64,000 nt of DNA, taken from assembly GCA_044347565.1 (NCBI GenBank), contig JBIKUN010000004.1, positions 1,295 to 65,294 on the forward strand. The letters are read 5' to 3'. The position numbers and the translations under genes were made by a program. The notes beneath the pieces were generated by a model that was not told the origin of the DNA, made no database searches, and saw only the letters and a program-made list of their open reading frames with translations. Shown here one piece after another: positions 29,023 through 37,447 of the stretch. The first letter of the stretch is position 1. Each line of letters starts with the position of its first letter. This stretch comes from Vicinamibacterales bacterium (GTDB taxonomy: Bacteria; Acidobacteriota; Vicinamibacteria; Vicinamibacterales; UBA2999).

Positions 29023-29069
29023 TCAGCCATTCACAGACTGCAAATCATTGACCTGAAATGACTTATTGT

Positions 29070-29158
29070 TGGCGGAGAGGGTGGGATTCGAACCCACGTG
29101 CCCTTTCGGACAAGACGCTTTCGAGGCGCCCCCGTTACGACCACTTCGGTACCTCTCC
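29070..29158 (-). tRNA. tRNA-Ser (anticodon CGA), type II with long variable arm, CCA encoded
   Basis: The minus strand reads GGAGAGG-TA-CCG..CGG-G-GGCGC-CTCGAAA-GCGTC-(16-nt variable arm)-GTGGG-TTCGAAT-CCCAC-CCTCTCC-G-CCA. The cloverleaf was folded by hand. Confidence 0.9.
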
Positions 29159-29199
29159 GCTGAGGTGGGACCGCGTTTCCGGGCTGGCCGGAAACTCCG

Positions 29200-29228
29200 A
29201 TTATAGCGGGTTCAGGCACCCGACTCAA
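29200..29228 (-). promoter_or_regulatory. Sigma70-type promoter for tRNA-Ser: TTGAGT-17 nt-TATAAT
   Basis: The minus strand of 29228..29200 reads TTGAGTcgggtgcctgaacccgcTATAAT. The -10 box ends 41 nt upstream of the mature tRNA 5' end. Confidence 0.55.
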
Positions 29229-29301
29229 TGTCCGCCGCACCCCGGCCAGACCCTCGAAGTCAGGCGCTGCGCCACCCCCGCCACGCAAACCCCTCCGGGG
29301 G

Positions 29302-29748
29302 CTAGGTCCGGCGTTCCTTGAAGAACCTCTGGATGAGCGCGCGGCAATCGTCGGCGAGCACGCCGCCCACGGCCGTGAGCTTGTGGTTCAAACCCGGCGT
29401 CTCGTGCGCCGCAATCGCGGAGCCAAGCGCCCCGGCCCGCGGCTCTGGCGCACCGTAGACGACCGTGCCGATGCGCGCGTGCACCATGGCGCCCACACAC
29501 ATGAGACACGGCTCCACCGTCACGACGAGGGTGGCGCCGCTCAGCCGGTAGTTCTTCACGTGACGCGCCGCCGCACGCATGGCCACGATCTCGGCATGCG
29601 CGGTGGGATCACTGGTGGCAATCGGCTGGTTCCAGCCTTCGCCCACCACCTGGCCGTCCACGACCACGAGCGCGCCCACGGGCACTTCCCCGCTCTCGCC
29701 CGCGCGCGCGGCAAGCGCCAGCGCCTGGCGCATCCACGCTTCATGCAT
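29302..29748 (-). CDS. tadA: tRNA adenosine(34) deaminase
   Basis: ATG at 29748 (MHEAWMRQALALA...). The zinc motifs HAEIVA and VEPCLMCVGA are present. The upstream part of the 477-aa track ORF is antisense to the AI-2E gene. Confidence 0.9.
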   Translation of the reverse strand: MHEAWMRQALALAARAGESGEVPVGALVVVDGQVVGEGWNQPIATSDPTAHAEIVAMRAAARHVKNYRLSGATLVVTVEPCLMCVGAMVHARIGTVVYGAPEPRAGALGSAIAAHETPGLNHKLTAVGGVLADDCRALIQRFFKERRT

Positions 29749-29762
29749 GGACGTGTCGTCGT

Positions 29763-30824
29763 TCACTCGCTCACCGACATCGGTTCGTCGGGCGCCTGCA
29801 CGCGCCGCGTCATGGCGTCGATGAGCGAGCCGGTGATGACGAGCACGATCGGACCGAGCACGATGCCCACGAAGCCGAAGGCCGAGACCCCGCCGAGCAG
29901 ACCGATGAACACCACGAGTCCGCTCGCCGACGTGCGGCCGGCGAGCAGCACCGGCCGCAGCACGTTGTCCACCGAGCCGAGGACCAGGCCGCAGAGCCCG
30001 GTCATGAGCAGCGCGCGTCCGACGTCGCCCGAGAAGAACAGCCACGCCGCCACCGGCACCCACACGATCGTGGCGCCCACCACGGGAATGAGCGAGCAGA
30101 TCGCAATCGCCGCGCCCCACACGGCCGGCGCCGGCAGCCCCAGCACCCAGAACGCGAGACCACCCACGACGCCCTGCACGAAGGCCACGGTGAGGCCGGC
30201 GCCCACGCTCGCCACGACCAGCTCCGTCGTTTCCGTGATGAGCCGGTCGCTTTCGGCTTCGTTGAACGGCAGCAGGTCGCGGATGAGCACGGCGAAGTTC
30301 CGGCCGTCGCGCAGCAGGAAGAACAGCGCGAAGAGCATCACGAAGAGGCTGCCGAGCGTGGAAAGCACATTGGCCACGATCGACCCGGCGCCGCCCAGCA
30401 CATACGTCGCGGCCGTCTGCGCGCCCTGCGACACGAGCGTCATCGGATCGGGCGGCAGCGGCACCGGCACCCGCGCGCGGATGTTCGCCCAGAAGCGGAG
30501 GATCTGCTGCGGTGTCGTGGCTGAGAGGCCGTTCACGTAATCGATGGCCGCCGGCACCTGCTGCGCGATCACGGCCGACAGGAACACCGCCGGCGTGATG
30601 ATGACCAGCCCAGCGAGCACCGTCGTGGCCAGGGCGGCGTTTCCGTTCCGCATCCGCACGCAGAACCAGAGATACACCGGCCGCAGGGTCATGGCGAGGA
30701 TCGCCGCCCACGCGAGCGGCGTCAGGAAGGGCCACACGATCGTGAGGGCCAGATAGCCCATCCCGATGAGCACGCCGTAGAACAGCAGCTCGGTGAAGCG
30801 TTCGCGGCTGGATCGCGTAGCCAT
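29763..30824 (-). CDS. AI-2E family transporter (PerM/UPF0118)
   Basis: A 353 aa polytopic protein with the typical YGVLIGMGYLALTIVWPFLTPLAWAAILA N-terminus and a conserved C-terminal LGPIVLV helix. Confidence 0.85.
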   Translation of the reverse strand: MATRSSRERFTELLFYGVLIGMGYLALTIVWPFLTPLAWAAILAMTLRPVYLWFCVRMRNGNAALATTVLAGLVIITPAVFLSAVIAQQVPAAIDYVNGLSATTPQQILRFWANIRARVPVPLPPDPMTLVSQGAQTAATYVLGGAGSIVANVLSTLGSLFVMLFALFFLLRDGRNFAVLIRDLLPFNEAESDRLITETTELVVASVGAGLTVAFVQGVVGGLAFWVLGLPAPAVWGAAIAICSLIPVVGATIVWVPVAAWLFFSGDVGRALLMTGLCGLVLGSVDNVLRPVLLAGRTSASGLVVFIGLLGGVSAFGFVGIVLGPIVLVITGSLIDAMTRRVQAPDEPMSVSE

Positions 30825-30836
30825 GACGGCTCCCGG

Positions 30837-31271
30837 CTACTTGCGCAGACTGAGCGGCAGCGCGGCGCCGCCCAGGGCGAGCGCGAGCAGGCCGCCGAGC
30901 ACCGGCGGTCCGTAGCCGTTGGTCAGATAGCGGTATTCGAACATGAACCCACCGGCGAAATGGAAGTTCAGCACCATCAGCAGCGCCGCGATCGCCGCGT
31001 AGCGTGTGTAGGCGCCGAGCAGGAATGCCACACCCGTCGCAAACTCGGCGATCGGCACCACGCGCGCGAACACCGCTGCGCCCGGCAGGCAGACCGTCTG
31101 CAGATAGGCACGGTTCCAGTCGTTGGCGGATTCGAGGAACCCCTGTAGCTGCGCCGTCAGCGGCCCGGCATCGGTCAGCCAGGCGATCTTGCCGATGCCT
31201 TCGAACAGGAAGAACACGCCCAGGAAGAGACGCAGGGCGGTGAGCCCTCGCGCCGACGGATTGACAGCCAT
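30837..31271 (-). CDS. DoxX-family membrane protein
   Basis: A 144 aa protein with 4 TM helices. LRLFLGVFFLFEGIGKI is the DoxX motif. Confidence 0.8.
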   Translation of the reverse strand: MAVNPSARGLTALRLFLGVFFLFEGIGKIAWLTDAGPLTAQLQGFLESANDWNRAYLQTVCLPGAAVFARVVPIAEFATGVAFLLGAYTRYAAIAALLMVLNFHFAGGFMFEYRYLTNGYGPPVLGGLLALALGGAALPLSLRK

Positions 31272-31292
31272 GCCCGGAAGCTTATCAGGCCG

Positions 31293-31955
31293 CTAGCCGC
31301 GCGGCTGCGGCACGATGCGCAGGTACGGCTTGGGCGCCTTCCAGCCGTTCGGGTAGATCGTCTTCGCTTCGTCGTCGCTGACGGCGCCGGCGATGATCAC
31401 GTCCTCACCCTGGTGCCAGTTGACAGGCGTGGCCACGCGGTGTTTCGCCGTGAGCTGCAGCGAGTCGAGCACGCGCAGCACTTCGTCGAAATTGCGGCCG
31501 GTGGTCATCGGGTAGGCAAAGAGCAGCTTCACCTTCTTGTCGGGGCCGATGATGAAGACCGTGCGCACGGTGAGGTTGTCAATCGCGGTGCGGCCTTCGC
31601 ACGACTCGCCGGCTTCGTACGGCAGCATGCCGTAGAGCTTCGACACCTTCAGATCGGTGTCACCGATCATCGGGTAGTTGGGCGCGTAGCCCTGCGTCTC
31701 TTCGATGTCTTTCGCCCACGAGGCGTGGCGATCGGTGGGGTCGACGCTCAGGCCGATGACCTTGGTGTGCCGCTTCGCGAATTCCGGCTGCAGCTTCGCC
31801 ATGTAGCCGAGTTCCGTCGTGCACACCGGCGTGAAGTCCTTGGGGTGGGAGAACAGCACCGCCCAGGAATCGCCGATCCATTCGTGGAACCGGATGCGGC
31901 CTTGGGTGGTGTCGGCTTCGAAATCGGGCGCGGTCTGTCCGAGCTGCAGTGCCAT
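31293..31955 (-). CDS. 1-Cys peroxiredoxin (Prx6-type)
   Basis: GGAGG lies 8 nt upstream of ATG 31955. The sequence reads MALQLGQTAPDFEADTTQGRIRFHEW...HPKDFTPVCTTE, and no resolving Cys motif is present. Confidence 0.9.
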   Translation of the reverse strand: MALQLGQTAPDFEADTTQGRIRFHEWIGDSWAVLFSHPKDFTPVCTTELGYMAKLQPEFAKRHTKVIGLSVDPTDRHASWAKDIEETQGYAPNYPMIGDTDLKVSKLYGMLPYEAGESCEGRTAIDNLTVRTVFIIGPDKKVKLLFAYPMTTGRNFDEVLRVLDSLQLTAKHRVATPVNWHQGEDVIIAGAVSDDEAKTIYPNGWKAPKPYLRIVPQPRG

Positions 31956-32089
31956 AAAGGTGCCTCCGCAAAGCGCGCGGGCAGACAGCAGACAACGCCG
32001 CACGCAGGTGCTTCAGAGTCTAGCGCAGGATGTCGGGGGAAGGGCGGGAGTGCGCCCGGTCGCGGGGACCAACTCCGGAAGAAAAGAGT

Positions 32090-32166
32090 TGGTGCGCCCT
32101 GCACGATTCGAACGTGCGACCTCCTGGTTCGTAGCCAGACGCTCTATCCAGCTGAGCTAAGGGCGC
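32090..32166 (-). tRNA. tRNA-Arg (anticodon ACG), CCA encoded
   Basis: The minus strand reads GCGCCCTTAGCTCAGCTGGATAGAGCGTCTGGCTACGAACCAGGAGGTCGCACGTTCGAATCGTGCAGGGCGCACCA. The cloverleaf was folded by hand and the anticodon loop is CTACGAA. Confidence 0.9.
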
Positions 32167-32215
32167 GGGATAGAAGACGGAGTTTACCACAGCTCCCGTC
32201 TGTTCCGTCCAGTCC

Positions 32216-34126
32216 TCACCGGCCGGACGCCGTTGCCCCCGGCCGCGTGAGCCCGAAGCCCACGCCGAGGCCCTCGCCGAGCGCCACCGGCAGGCGTCCC
32301 TGGATGGGAATCTCACCCGCAATCGCCCGCACCGCCGCCGCTTCCGCGTAGTCGCCGAAGTCGTAGGTCACGAGCACGGCCGGCAGTGACGTGGCCGCGA
32401 CCGCGGCGTAGGGACTGCCGAAGAACGCCGCCACCATCGGCTGGTTGCGCCGCGCCGCCGCGCCTGACAGGTCCTGCAGCAGCCGCACGACGCCGGGGCC
32501 AAGATCCAGCCGGCCGCTGCCGGAAGATGCGCGCACGAACACGCCGGCCACGACCGCGTCGTAGCCGGCCGCCATCGCCCGCACGAGCTCCAGTTCTTCG
32601 GCCGTCGAACGGTCCGAAAGCTCCACCGCCGTCACCGTGCCCCAGCGTTTGCGGAGCTCGGGGATCACGGTGCGGCTCGGCGCCGAGATCCGCCAGTTGG
32701 CGGGATAGTCGAGCACCGAGAGGTACAGCACCTTGCCGGTGCGCGGCGTGGCAAGCGGCACCTGCGTGCGTGCGTCGCGCAGCAATGTCACCGCCCGCTC
32801 TGCCGTAGTGCGGGCGATGTCGGCGCCGGCGCGCGTGCCGACGTGGCTCATCACCGCGTCGAGCTCCACGGTGCGCGTCTTGTGCAGACCGAGGCGTGCC
32901 TTGTGCGCGAGCAGGCGTGCCGCCGACCCTTCGAGGTGCGCCCGCGTCAGCCGACCAGACTGCAGCGCGGCCTTCAGGGCCGCGTGGGCGGCGCGCGGAT
33001 CGGGCGAGTCGAGCACCACGTCGAGACCGGCTTCGATCGCGCGCACGGCGGCTTCGCCAGGTGCGGCCAGCGCGTTCACGGCTTCCATCTGCATGCCGTC
33101 GCTGTAGATGACGCCGCCGAAATCCAGCTCGTGCCGCAGCAGACCGCGCACGACCATCCGGCTGAAGGTGGCAGGCCCGGGCTGCGGATCGATCGCCGGC
33201 AACTCGACGTGCGCCACCATGGCCGCCCCGGCGCCTGCGGCGACGCCCGCCTGGAACGGCACGAGTTCGACCTGCTCGAGGCGCTCGCGGTCGTGCGACA
33301 CGGTGGCGAGGCCCAGGTGCGTATCCACCTCCGTATCGCCGTGTCCGGGGAAATGTTTCAGCGTGGCCACGACGCCGCCGCTCTGCAGTCCTTCGACCGC
33401 GGCCTTGACCATCACGCCCACCTTCGCGGGATCTTCCCCGAACGAGCGGATGTTGATCACCGGATTGCGCGGGTTGTTGTTTACGTCGGCCACGGGCGCA
33501 AAATTGACGTGCACGCCGAGCGCCCGCGACTCGACGCCGGTGATGCGCGCCGCATCGCGCACGAGCGCGGCATCGCCGGCGGCGCCAAACGCCATCGCCC
33601 GCGGGAAACGCGTGGCGCCGTTGATGCGCATGCCCACACCGTGTTCGTAGTCGCCGGCCACGATGAGCGGCAGCGGCGACAGCGCCTGCAGGCGATTGAG
33701 GATGGCGGCGAGTTCCAGGGGCTGCCCGAGAATGGTCGAGCCGTAGGTGCCGTTGAGCATCACGGCCGGCACCGGCTCCACGCCGCCGAAGGCGCAGAAG
33801 CCACCGATGTGGATGTCGCGCACGAGCGCCGCGAGTTCCTCGTAGCCGGCCGAATCCGCGCTCAGGTACGTGGAATCGAGGCGGCCCATGATGAGCTGCC
33901 CCACGAGCTGGTCGTCGGTGAGCGACTTCAGCGTCGTCTCGACCCAGCGCATGGCGTCGCGGTCGAGCGCGGGCGCGAAGGCCGGGGGCGCGGGCGGCAG
34001 GGGCGCCGGGACCGTGCGCGGGGCGCCGCGGCGTGCCGCCGTCTGCGCGCGCACCGCCTGCCCGCCGCCGGCGTCGACGAGCGCGAACGCGGTGAGCGTC
34101 AGAAGGGCCGTCAGGATTCGCCGCAT
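32216..34126 (-). CDS. Secreted glycoside hydrolase family 3 (NagZ / beta-hexosaminidase-like, two-domain)
   Basis: GH3 motifs are present: NFAPVADVNNNPRNPVINIRSFGEDP and KHFPGHGDTEVDTHLGL. I prefer ATG 34126 (MRRILTALLTLTAFALV signal peptide) over the track's TTG at 34132. Confidence 0.85.
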   Translation of the reverse strand: MRRILTALLTLTAFALVDAGGGQAVRAQTAARRGAPRTVPAPLPPAPPAFAPALDRDAMRWVETTLKSLTDDQLVGQLIMGRLDSTYLSADSAGYEELAALVRDIHIGGFCAFGGVEPVPAVMLNGTYGSTILGQPLELAAILNRLQALSPLPLIVAGDYEHGVGMRINGATRFPRAMAFGAAGDAALVRDAARITGVESRALGVHVNFAPVADVNNNPRNPVINIRSFGEDPAKVGVMVKAAVEGLQSGGVVATLKHFPGHGDTEVDTHLGLATVSHDRERLEQVELVPFQAGVAAGAGAAMVAHVELPAIDPQPGPATFSRMVVRGLLRHELDFGGVIYSDGMQMEAVNALAAPGEAAVRAIEAGLDVVLDSPDPRAAHAALKAALQSGRLTRAHLEGSAARLLAHKARLGLHKTRTVELDAVMSHVGTRAGADIARTTAERAVTLLRDARTQVPLATPRTGKVLYLSVLDYPANWRISAPSRTVIPELRKRWGTVTAVELSDRSTAEELELVRAMAAGYDAVVAGVFVRASSGSGRLDLGPGVVRLLQDLSGAAARRNQPMVAAFFGSPYAAVAATSLPAVLVTYDFGDYAEAAAVRAIAGEIPIQGRLPVALGEGLGVGFGLTRPGATASGR

Positions 34127-34132
34127 CGGCAA

Positions 34133-34146
34133 ATCATAGCTATGAT
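34133..34146. promoter_or_regulatory. Perfect palindrome ATCATAGCTATGAT, read as back-to-back TATGAT -10 boxes for the divergent GH3 and moaB genes
   Basis: TATGAT on the + strand (34141-34146) is followed by 6 nt and then GTG 34153. TATGAT on the - strand (34138-34133) is followed by 6 nt and then ATG 34126. It is the only A/T-rich element in the gap. Confidence 0.45.
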
Positions 34147-34152
34147 CGTGAC

Positions 34153-34653
34153 GTGTCGCAGCATGAACACAAAGCAGCCGCTCCCACGGCGGTGCGGGTC
34201 GCCGTCCTCACGGTGAGTGATACGCGCACGGAGGCGACGGACACGAGCGGTCGCGCCATCCGCACCCTGCTCGAAGAGGCGGGTCACGTCGTGACCGCCG
34301 CGGAAATCGTGCCAGACGACCCGGACGCGGTGACCGGCTTCGTGCTCGACCAGCTCGAGACCACGGCGCAGGTCGTCATCACGACCGGCGGCACCGGCAT
34401 CACGTCCCGCGATTCCACGTATGAAGCCATCGACGCGCTGCTCGAGAAGCGCCTCGACGGCTTCGGCGAACTCTTCCGCATGCTGAGTTACCACGACATC
34501 GGTCCGGCGGCCATGATGAGCCGCGCCTGCGCCGGCCTGGTACGCGGCAAGGTCGTCATCGCGCTGCCCGGGTCTGAGGGCGCGGTGCGCCTGGCGATGA
34601 CGACACTCGTGGTGCCGGAGCTGCGGCATCTCGTGCAGCAGGCGTCGAAGTAG
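34153..34653 (+). CDS. moaB: Molybdenum cofactor biosynthesis protein B (MoaB/Mog family)
   Basis: Contains VAVLTVSDTRTEATDTSG...ITTGGTGITSRDSTYEA...ALPGSEGAVRLAM, the MoCF_biosynth motifs. Confidence 0.85.
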   Translation: MSQHEHKAAAPTAVRVAVLTVSDTRTEATDTSGRAIRTLLEEAGHVVTAAEIVPDDPDAVTGFVLDQLETTAQVVITTGGTGITSRDSTYEAIDALLEKRLDGFGELFRMLSYHDIGPAAMMSRACAGLVRGKVVIALPGSEGAVRLAMTTLVVPELRHLVQQASK

Positions 34654-34655
34654 CA

Positions 34656-35864
34656 ATGCGCCCCTTCACCTCAACGATTCCAATCGACGAGGCGCGCGCG
34701 CTGCTCGCCGCGGCCGCGCGTCCGCTCGATCGCATCGACGACGTGCCGCTCGCGGCCCTTGGCGGACGTGTGCTGGCCGAGGATCTCGTGGCCGGCGGCG
34801 ACGTGCCGCCCTTCGCGCGCGCGATGATGGACGGCTACGCCGTGCGCGCGGAAGACACCACCGGCGCCACGCCCGGGGCGCCGCGCACGCTCGCGCTCGT
34901 GGGCCGCGTGTTCACGGGCGAAGTGCTGGCGCGCGCGGTGAATGACGGCGAGTGCGCGGAGGTCGCCACCGGCGCCCCGCTGCCCGCGGGCGCCACCGCC
35001 GTGGTGATGGTGGAAGAGACATCGCCGGGCGAGGGCGCGGCCGTGCGCATCCACGCGGCCGTGCACGAGGGCCAGCACGTGGGACGCGCCGGCGCGGACA
35101 TCGCGCGGGGGCAGGTGGTACTCCGGCGCGGCGACGTGCTGCTGCCGGCGAAGGTCGGCGCCGTGGCGGCCGTGGGCCTCGCGTCCGTGCGCGTGTGGGC
35201 GAAGCCGCGCGTGGCCATCGTCTCGACCGGCAACGAAGTGGTGGCGCCGGGTAAGCCGCTTGGCCCGGGGCAGATCCACGACGTGAACCGCCACACGCTC
35301 TCGGCGATTGTCGAGGCGCACGGCGGCGTGCCGGTGCCCTTCGACGTCGCCGGTGACACGATCGAGGCGCTCGATACCGCGGTGAGCGCCGCGGTGAGCT
35401 GCGATCTCGTGGTGTTCTCGGGCGGCAGCTCCGTCGGCAACCGCGATCTCGTGATGGACATCCTGCGCGCGCGCGGCACCGTGGTGTTCCACGGCATCGC
35501 CACGCGTCCGGGCAAACCCACGGCGTTCGGCACGATCGACGGCGTGCCGGTGTTCGGCATGCCTGGCAATCCCACGTCGTGCCTCACGAACGCCTACGTG
35601 CTGCTCGTGCCGTTCCTGCGCACGCTCGCGCACCTGCCGCCGCACCTGCCGCGCGTCGTCGGCGTGCCGCTGGCGCGCCGCGTCGTCTCGAGCCTGGGGC
35701 GGCACCAGTTCTACACGGTGCGACTGGAGAACGGACAGGCGGAACCGGCGTTCAAGGCGTCGGGCGACATCACGAGCATGGCCCACGCCGACGGCTACAT
35801 CGAAATCGGCAGCGACGTCGCCGCCATCGAGGCCGGCACGCGCGTGGACGTCGTGCTGTTCTAG
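34656..35864 (+). CDS. moeA: Molybdopterin molybdenumtransferase
   Basis: 402 aa with the MoeA N-terminal, MoCF and C-terminal domains (FSGGSSVGNRDLV, GMPGNPTSCL). Confidence 0.9.
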   Translation: MRPFTSTIPIDEARALLAAAARPLDRIDDVPLAALGGRVLAEDLVAGGDVPPFARAMMDGYAVRAEDTTGATPGAPRTLALVGRVFTGEVLARAVNDGECAEVATGAPLPAGATAVVMVEETSPGEGAAVRIHAAVHEGQHVGRAGADIARGQVVLRRGDVLLPAKVGAVAAVGLASVRVWAKPRVAIVSTGNEVVAPGKPLGPGQIHDVNRHTLSAIVEAHGGVPVPFDVAGDTIEALDTAVSAAVSCDLVVFSGGSSVGNRDLVMDILRARGTVVFHGIATRPGKPTAFGTIDGVPVFGMPGNPTSCLTNAYVLLVPFLRTLAHLPPHLPRVVGVPLARRVVSSLGRHQFYTVRLENGQAEPAFKASGDITSMAHADGYIEIGSDVAAIEAGTRVDVVLF

Positions 35865-35878
35865 CAACGTTTGTCACG

Positions 35879-35939
35879 GGGTCTGTCACGGTCACGCGGC
35901 ATCACCGTCGCGCAGACAACTCGTGACCGTGACAGACCC
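35879..35939. terminator. Bidirectional hairpin between convergent moeA and the OM-barrel gene (18-bp perfect stem, 25-nt loop)
   Basis: GGGTCTGTCACGGTCACG (35879-35896) pairs with CGTGACCGTGACAGACCC (35922-35939). No U-tract is present. Confidence 0.5.
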
Positions 35940-35953
35940 GGTTACAACGGTGG

Positions 35954-37447
35954 CTAGAAGTGCACGGTGGATTCGAGCCAGGCGGTGACGAGGCGGTCGT
36001 CGCGGAAGAGGCGCGTCACGACGTCGCCGCCCATGATGCGACCAGCGAAGGCGCGCAGCGTCCACGAGCGCACGGGACGCCACGTGGCCGTGCCATCCAC
36101 GACCGTGCCGATCGTCGAGCCGCCGCGGCCGCTGCGGCCCTGAAAGCCGAAGTAGTTGCCGAAGCGCAGCGTGGCGCCGCTGCCCTGGTACCAGCGGTCC
36201 GCCGCCGACGCGAGCGTCACGCGGCGCACGCTCACCGTGACGTCCAGCGCGCGATGCGGCTGGACCTCGAGGGCGGCCCAGCGGTCGACGACGTTCATGA
36301 GCGCGTAGGCGTTCAGCCGCGAGACGCGATCGCCGGAGGGCAGCAGCGGGAAGAACGTGCCGTGCGCGCCGTCGGTGGCGCTCGTGTCGCCAGACGCGTA
36401 GGCCGTGCCCGCCCGCAGCCAGGGCTGCCACGGCACGCCCGTGAATCGATGTCCCACCGCGCCCGTCGCCGCCGCCGCGCGATGTGAGAGCTCGTACCAC
36501 GCGCCCGACTGCCCCGCCGCCCAGCCAGCGACGTCGGTCACGCCCCAGCGCCACGGATACGCGCCGGCCGCCGATGCGCCCGCCGTCCATACGCGGATAT
36601 CCGCGCGGCGCGGCTCGTGGCCGGAGTTGTCGGGACGCGCCGTCACCGGCCGCGTGTCGTCGTAGCCGATGCCGAAGAACTCCACGCGCGTCCGCGGCAA
36701 CAGTGCGCCAGGCGCGAGGGTGAGTTCCGCCGCCGCCACGCGCACGCGGTCCATCGACAGGTTCGCGGATTCCTCGAACGTGCCCTGCGTGGGGACGGCC
36801 GCCGTCACGGTGGCCGCGAGCCCGCCGCGCCGCACGCCGCCGCGCACGCCATCCCACGCGCGCTGATAGAACGACCACTCCATGTCGCCGAGAAGACGTC
36901 CGTTGAGCTCGGTGGCGACGAGCCGGTCGATCGTGGCATCGCCCGACGGCGCCTCGGTGGACGCCGCGCGCGAGAGCCGCCCGCCTTCGAACCACGCGCC
37001 GCTCGCCGCGTCACGCCAGCCAAGGCTCAGGCCGCGCAGATAGAACTGATAGCTGAAGGTGCCGCTCGCCTGGAAGAAGTACGCGGCGCCGGTACCGAGC
37101 AGCCCGGGCCCGATCGAGCCCGCGGGCAGGTTCTCGAGGCGCACGTACTGCAGCGCGCCCCGCGCCGACCAGCGCGAGCCGCGATACGACGCCCCGAGCG
37201 TGGAGCGATTCCCGACGAACGTGTATTCCGGACGCGTGGCGGCGTTCGGCGGCGGCTGGAAGTAGCGCCAGAGCTCGGCGCGCGTCATGTTCTCGACGAG
37301 GAAGGCCGTGTCGCCCGCGGCGCTCGCGGACGGCGGCGGTTCGGCCGGCGCCCCGTTCTGCGCCGGCGCGGTGGACGCCGTGAGGCACACGCCCGCACAG
37401 ACGATCGCCTGCGCCGTACGGCCGCGGAAGCTGCGTGCCACACTCAT
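35954..37447 (-). CDS. Outer-membrane beta-barrel protein (alginate-export / porin-like)
   Basis: ATG 37447 overlaps the upstream stop (TGATG). MSVARSFRGRTAQAIVCAGVCLTASTAPAQ is a signal peptide. The protein has an alternating aromatic/Gly-rich strand pattern and a C-terminal ...AWLESTVHF. Confidence 0.65.
   Translation of the reverse strand: MSVARSFRGRTAQAIVCAGVCLTASTAPAQNGAPAEPPPSASAAGDTAFLVENMTRAELWRYFQPPPNAATRPEYTFVGNRSTLGASYRGSRWSARGALQYVRLENLPAGSIGPGLLGTGAAYFFQASGTFSYQFYLRGLSLGWRDAASGAWFEGGRLSRAASTEAPSGDATIDRLVATELNGRLLGDMEWSFYQRAWDGVRGGVRRGGLAATVTAAVPTQGTFEESANLSMDRVRVAAAELTLAPGALLPRTRVEFFGIGYDDTRPVTARPDNSGHEPRRADIRVWTAGASAAGAYPWRWGVTDVAGWAAGQSGAWYELSHRAAAATGAVGHRFTGVPWQPWLRAGTAYASGDTSATDGAHGTFFPLLPSGDRVSRLNAYALMNVVDRWAALEVQPHRALDVTVSVRRVTLASAADRWYQGSGATLRFGNYFGFQGRSGRGGSTIGTVVDGTATWRPVRSWTLRAFAGRIMGGDVVTRLFRDDRLVTAWLESTVHF

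Larger units (their letters stand above)
24834..29090. mobile_element. Putative decayed tRNA-Ser-integrated islet bounded by 23-nt direct repeats (no integrase found)
   Basis: GTTGGCGGAGAGGGTGGGATTCG occurs at 24834-24856 and again at 29068-29090, where it is the 3' end of tRNA-Ser. An internal arm-like repeat is present near both ends. Cargo is a MocR regulator, a TauE permease, a PNPOx-like protein and a truncated paralog. Confidence 0.45.

Noticed and set aside
28802-29056. 84-aa ORF in the low-GC segment next to tRNA-Ser, considered as an integrase/excisionase remnant
   Set aside because: It has no recombinase-like motifs (no R..HxxR..Y pattern and no HTH). It is too short, its composition is not protein-like, and its 3' end runs through the arm-like repeat (29001-29022).
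29302-32166. tadA lying 2.3 kb from tRNA-Arg(ACG), its only canonical bacterial substrate, and 144 nt from tRNA-Ser
   Set aside because: Four unrelated genes separate tadA from tRNA-Arg, and there is no shared promoter. The adjacency is most simply coincidental.
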